64,000 bases of DNA from Endomicrobiales bacterium (GTDB lineage: Bacteria; Elusimicrobiota; Endomicrobiia; Endomicrobiales; JALOBY01). The stretch covers positions 60,632 to 124,631 of the forward strand of contig CAWCNJ010000007.1 in NCBI GenBank assembly GCA_963796955.1. Reading direction: 5' to 3'. Below the pieces are notes generated by a model. The model was not told the origin of the DNA. It worked only from the letters and a program-made list of their open reading frames with translations, and searched no databases. Each line of letters opens with the position of its first letter. The stretch's first letter is position 1. The translations under genes and the position numbers were made by a program. Below are positions 62,294-64,000 of this stretch, one piece after another.

Positions 62294-63820
62294 ATGAAAG
62301 TACTATTGTTGAACCCTCCATTTCGCGTAAACGTCGATCACGATCACGAGAAGTATTTCGTGAGGGCGGGCAGCCGCTGGCCTTACTCGGAACTGAAGAA
62401 GATCAATGAGCCGTCGTTGTACCGGCCGTTCCCGTTCTCGCTGGGGTATACCGCCGGGCTGCTGAAACGCCGGGGCGTCGAGGTTGATGTGATAGACGGC
62501 GTCGCCGCGCAGATGACGGCGGATGCATTCCATGAGAGGGCCCTGACCTCCCGGGCTGACGTAGCGGTCATTGAGACCGCGCCGTTTTCCGTCAATAATG
62601 ATATAGAGATCGGGCGGCGGCTGAAAAAGCAGAACAGCGCGCTCACGGTTATCGCGGTTGGGCCGTTCGCCGCGCTGCTCTTAAAAACAATAATCGATAA
62701 CGGCGCCACCGGTATAGACCTGGTCATCTGCGGTGAATACGAATTCGCCGTCTGCGAGGTCGTCGATGCCATAGCTGCCGGCGCAAAGGTGGAGATCCAG
62801 GGTGTTCACGAAGTTGCCGCGAGCAAGGCGCCCGGGCAGGTTGAGTATACAAAACCGTTCAAGGCATTGGATGAGCTGGGTATGCCGGAGCGGGAACTGT
62901 TCCCGATGCCGGAAAAAAATGCGATAACGGCGTACTGGGATGTCTTTTGCCAGTATTATCCTTCGGCGCAAATGCATACTTCCCGGGGGTGTCCTTACGG
63001 CTGTTATTTCTGCGTATGGCCGCAGGTCTATTACCATAACCGGGCCTACCGGATATTTTCCACTCAGCATGTGGTTGACGAGATCCAGGTGCTGGTAGAA
63101 CGCTATAAGATACGGGAAATATATATCGATGATGATGACTTTTCAATAGACCTGAAACGGGTCCACGCGATATGCTCGGAGATCATCGACAGAAAGATTT
63201 CGGTTGCCTGGAGCTGCATGGCGGACGCTTCTAACCTTGACGAGGCGACCGTAGCCCTTATGGCGCGCAGCGGTTGTATCGGCATAAAATTCGGCGTTGA
63301 GAGCGCCGCAAAGGATGTACTGGAACATATAGGGAAACCGGTGGACCTTGACCGCGTGAAGAAAGTGGTTTCATGGGCGGTATCGCACGGCATACGCACG
63401 CACGCCACCTACACGTTCGGGCTGCTGGGGGAAACGCGCGGCTCGATGGAAGCGACCCTGCGCTACGCTATAGCCCTTGACACCGACAGCGTGCAGTTCA
63501 GCATCGCCACCCCATACCCGGGGACAAAATTTTACGACCAGTTAAAGGACAACGGATGGCTGAAGGATTTTGACTGGCAAAATTACGACGGCAGTGTTTC
63601 CTGCGTCGTAGATTATCCGCAGCTGTCCGCCCGCGAGATAGAAGCATGGTACGCGCGCGCCTTCAGCCGCTGGCTGAGTGCCATGCTCCTGCGCCCCTCA
63701 TGGCTTTACCGTCAGCTGCGCATCATCTTTCGCACCATGGCTTCCCAGACCCCCGCATATAAAAAACTTTTTGTCGCGAGATTATTACAAAAACTTTTTC
63801 AGCGAAGGAGCGAAAAGTGA
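62294..63820 (+). CDS. Cobalamin-binding radical SAM protein (HpnJ-like N-terminus)
   Basis: [39 protein letters not shown]. Confidence 0.88.
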   Translation: MKVLLLNPPFRVNVDHDHEKYFVRAGSRWPYSELKKINEPSLYRPFPFSLGYTAGLLKRRGVEVDVIDGVAAQMTADAFHERALTSRADVAVIETAPFSVNNDIEIGRRLKKQNSALTVIAVGPFAALLLKTIIDNGATGIDLVICGEYEFAVCEVVDAIAAGAKVEIQGVHEVAASKAPGQVEYTKPFKALDELGMPERELFPMPEKNAITAYWDVFCQYYPSAQMHTSRGCPYGCYFCVWPQVYYHNRAYRIFSTQHVVDEIQVLVERYKIREIYIDDDDFSIDLKRVHAICSEIIDRKISVAWSCMADASNLDEATVALMARSGCIGIKFGVESAAKDVLEHIGKPVDLDRVKKVVSWAVSHGIRTHATYTFGLLGETRGSMEATLRYAIALDTDSVQFSIATPYPGTKFYDQLKDNGWLKDFDWQNYDGSVSCVVDYPQLSAREIEAWYARAFSRWLSAMLLRPSWLYRQLRIIFRTMASQTPAYKKLFVARLLQKLFQRRSEK

Positions 63821-64000
63821 AGATACTGGTTACCGGTTCTAACGGCCTTATCGGCAGCGAGGTGGTCACCTATTTTGCCCAGGGCCCCAATCAGGTGTTC
63901 GGCATAGACAACAATATGCGCGCGGACTTCTTCGGTTCGGCCGGCGACACGCGCTGGAACCAGCAGCGTCTTGTCTCTTCGTTCAAGAACTTTACCCACC
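63817..64000 (+). CDS. NAD-dependent epimerase/dehydratase (CDP-paratose 2-epimerase-like), 3'-truncated by the window edge
   Basis: GTG start overlapping the upstream stop; translation [36 protein letters not shown]. Confidence 0.8.
   Translation, partial: MKILVTGSNGLIGSEVVTYFAQGPNQVFGIDNNMRADFFGSAGDTRWNQQRLVSSFKNFTH

Overview
Gene-dense chromosomal window, entirely + strand, from a diderm (LPS-producing) bacterium. Gene content and order suggest Elusimicrobiota, but this is inference only. In order: the 3' part of a large Ala/Pro-rich protein, tRNA-Thr(CGT), a PorV/PorQ-like barrel, a methyltransferase and two tandem O-antigen-ligase/TPR paralogs; yebC-ruvCAB-queH-spoIID-like; queA-tgt-HEAT-yajC-secDF; a long lipid A/Kdo/heptose core operon running into lptCAB; hpf-ptsN-hprK-rapZ-yvcK and a mannose-family PTS with an embedded GH57 enzyme; lepA-lepB-nfeD-SPFH-hemW; and a glycan cluster with three cobalamin-dependent radical SAM enzymes. 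Eight frameshifts, most explained by one extra or missing base, break seven genes and are most likely long-read consensus errors. The most unusual structure is non-genic. (i) Three ~108-bp palindromic direct repeats in the LPS operon bracket two AT-rich cassette-like genes, one a DUF559 endonuclease. (ii) Two long hairpin elements upstream of queA share an inverted ~50-nt core. (iii) A structured ~138-nt element sits in frame inside queA. (iv) Several heptamer tandem arrays occur at gene ends.
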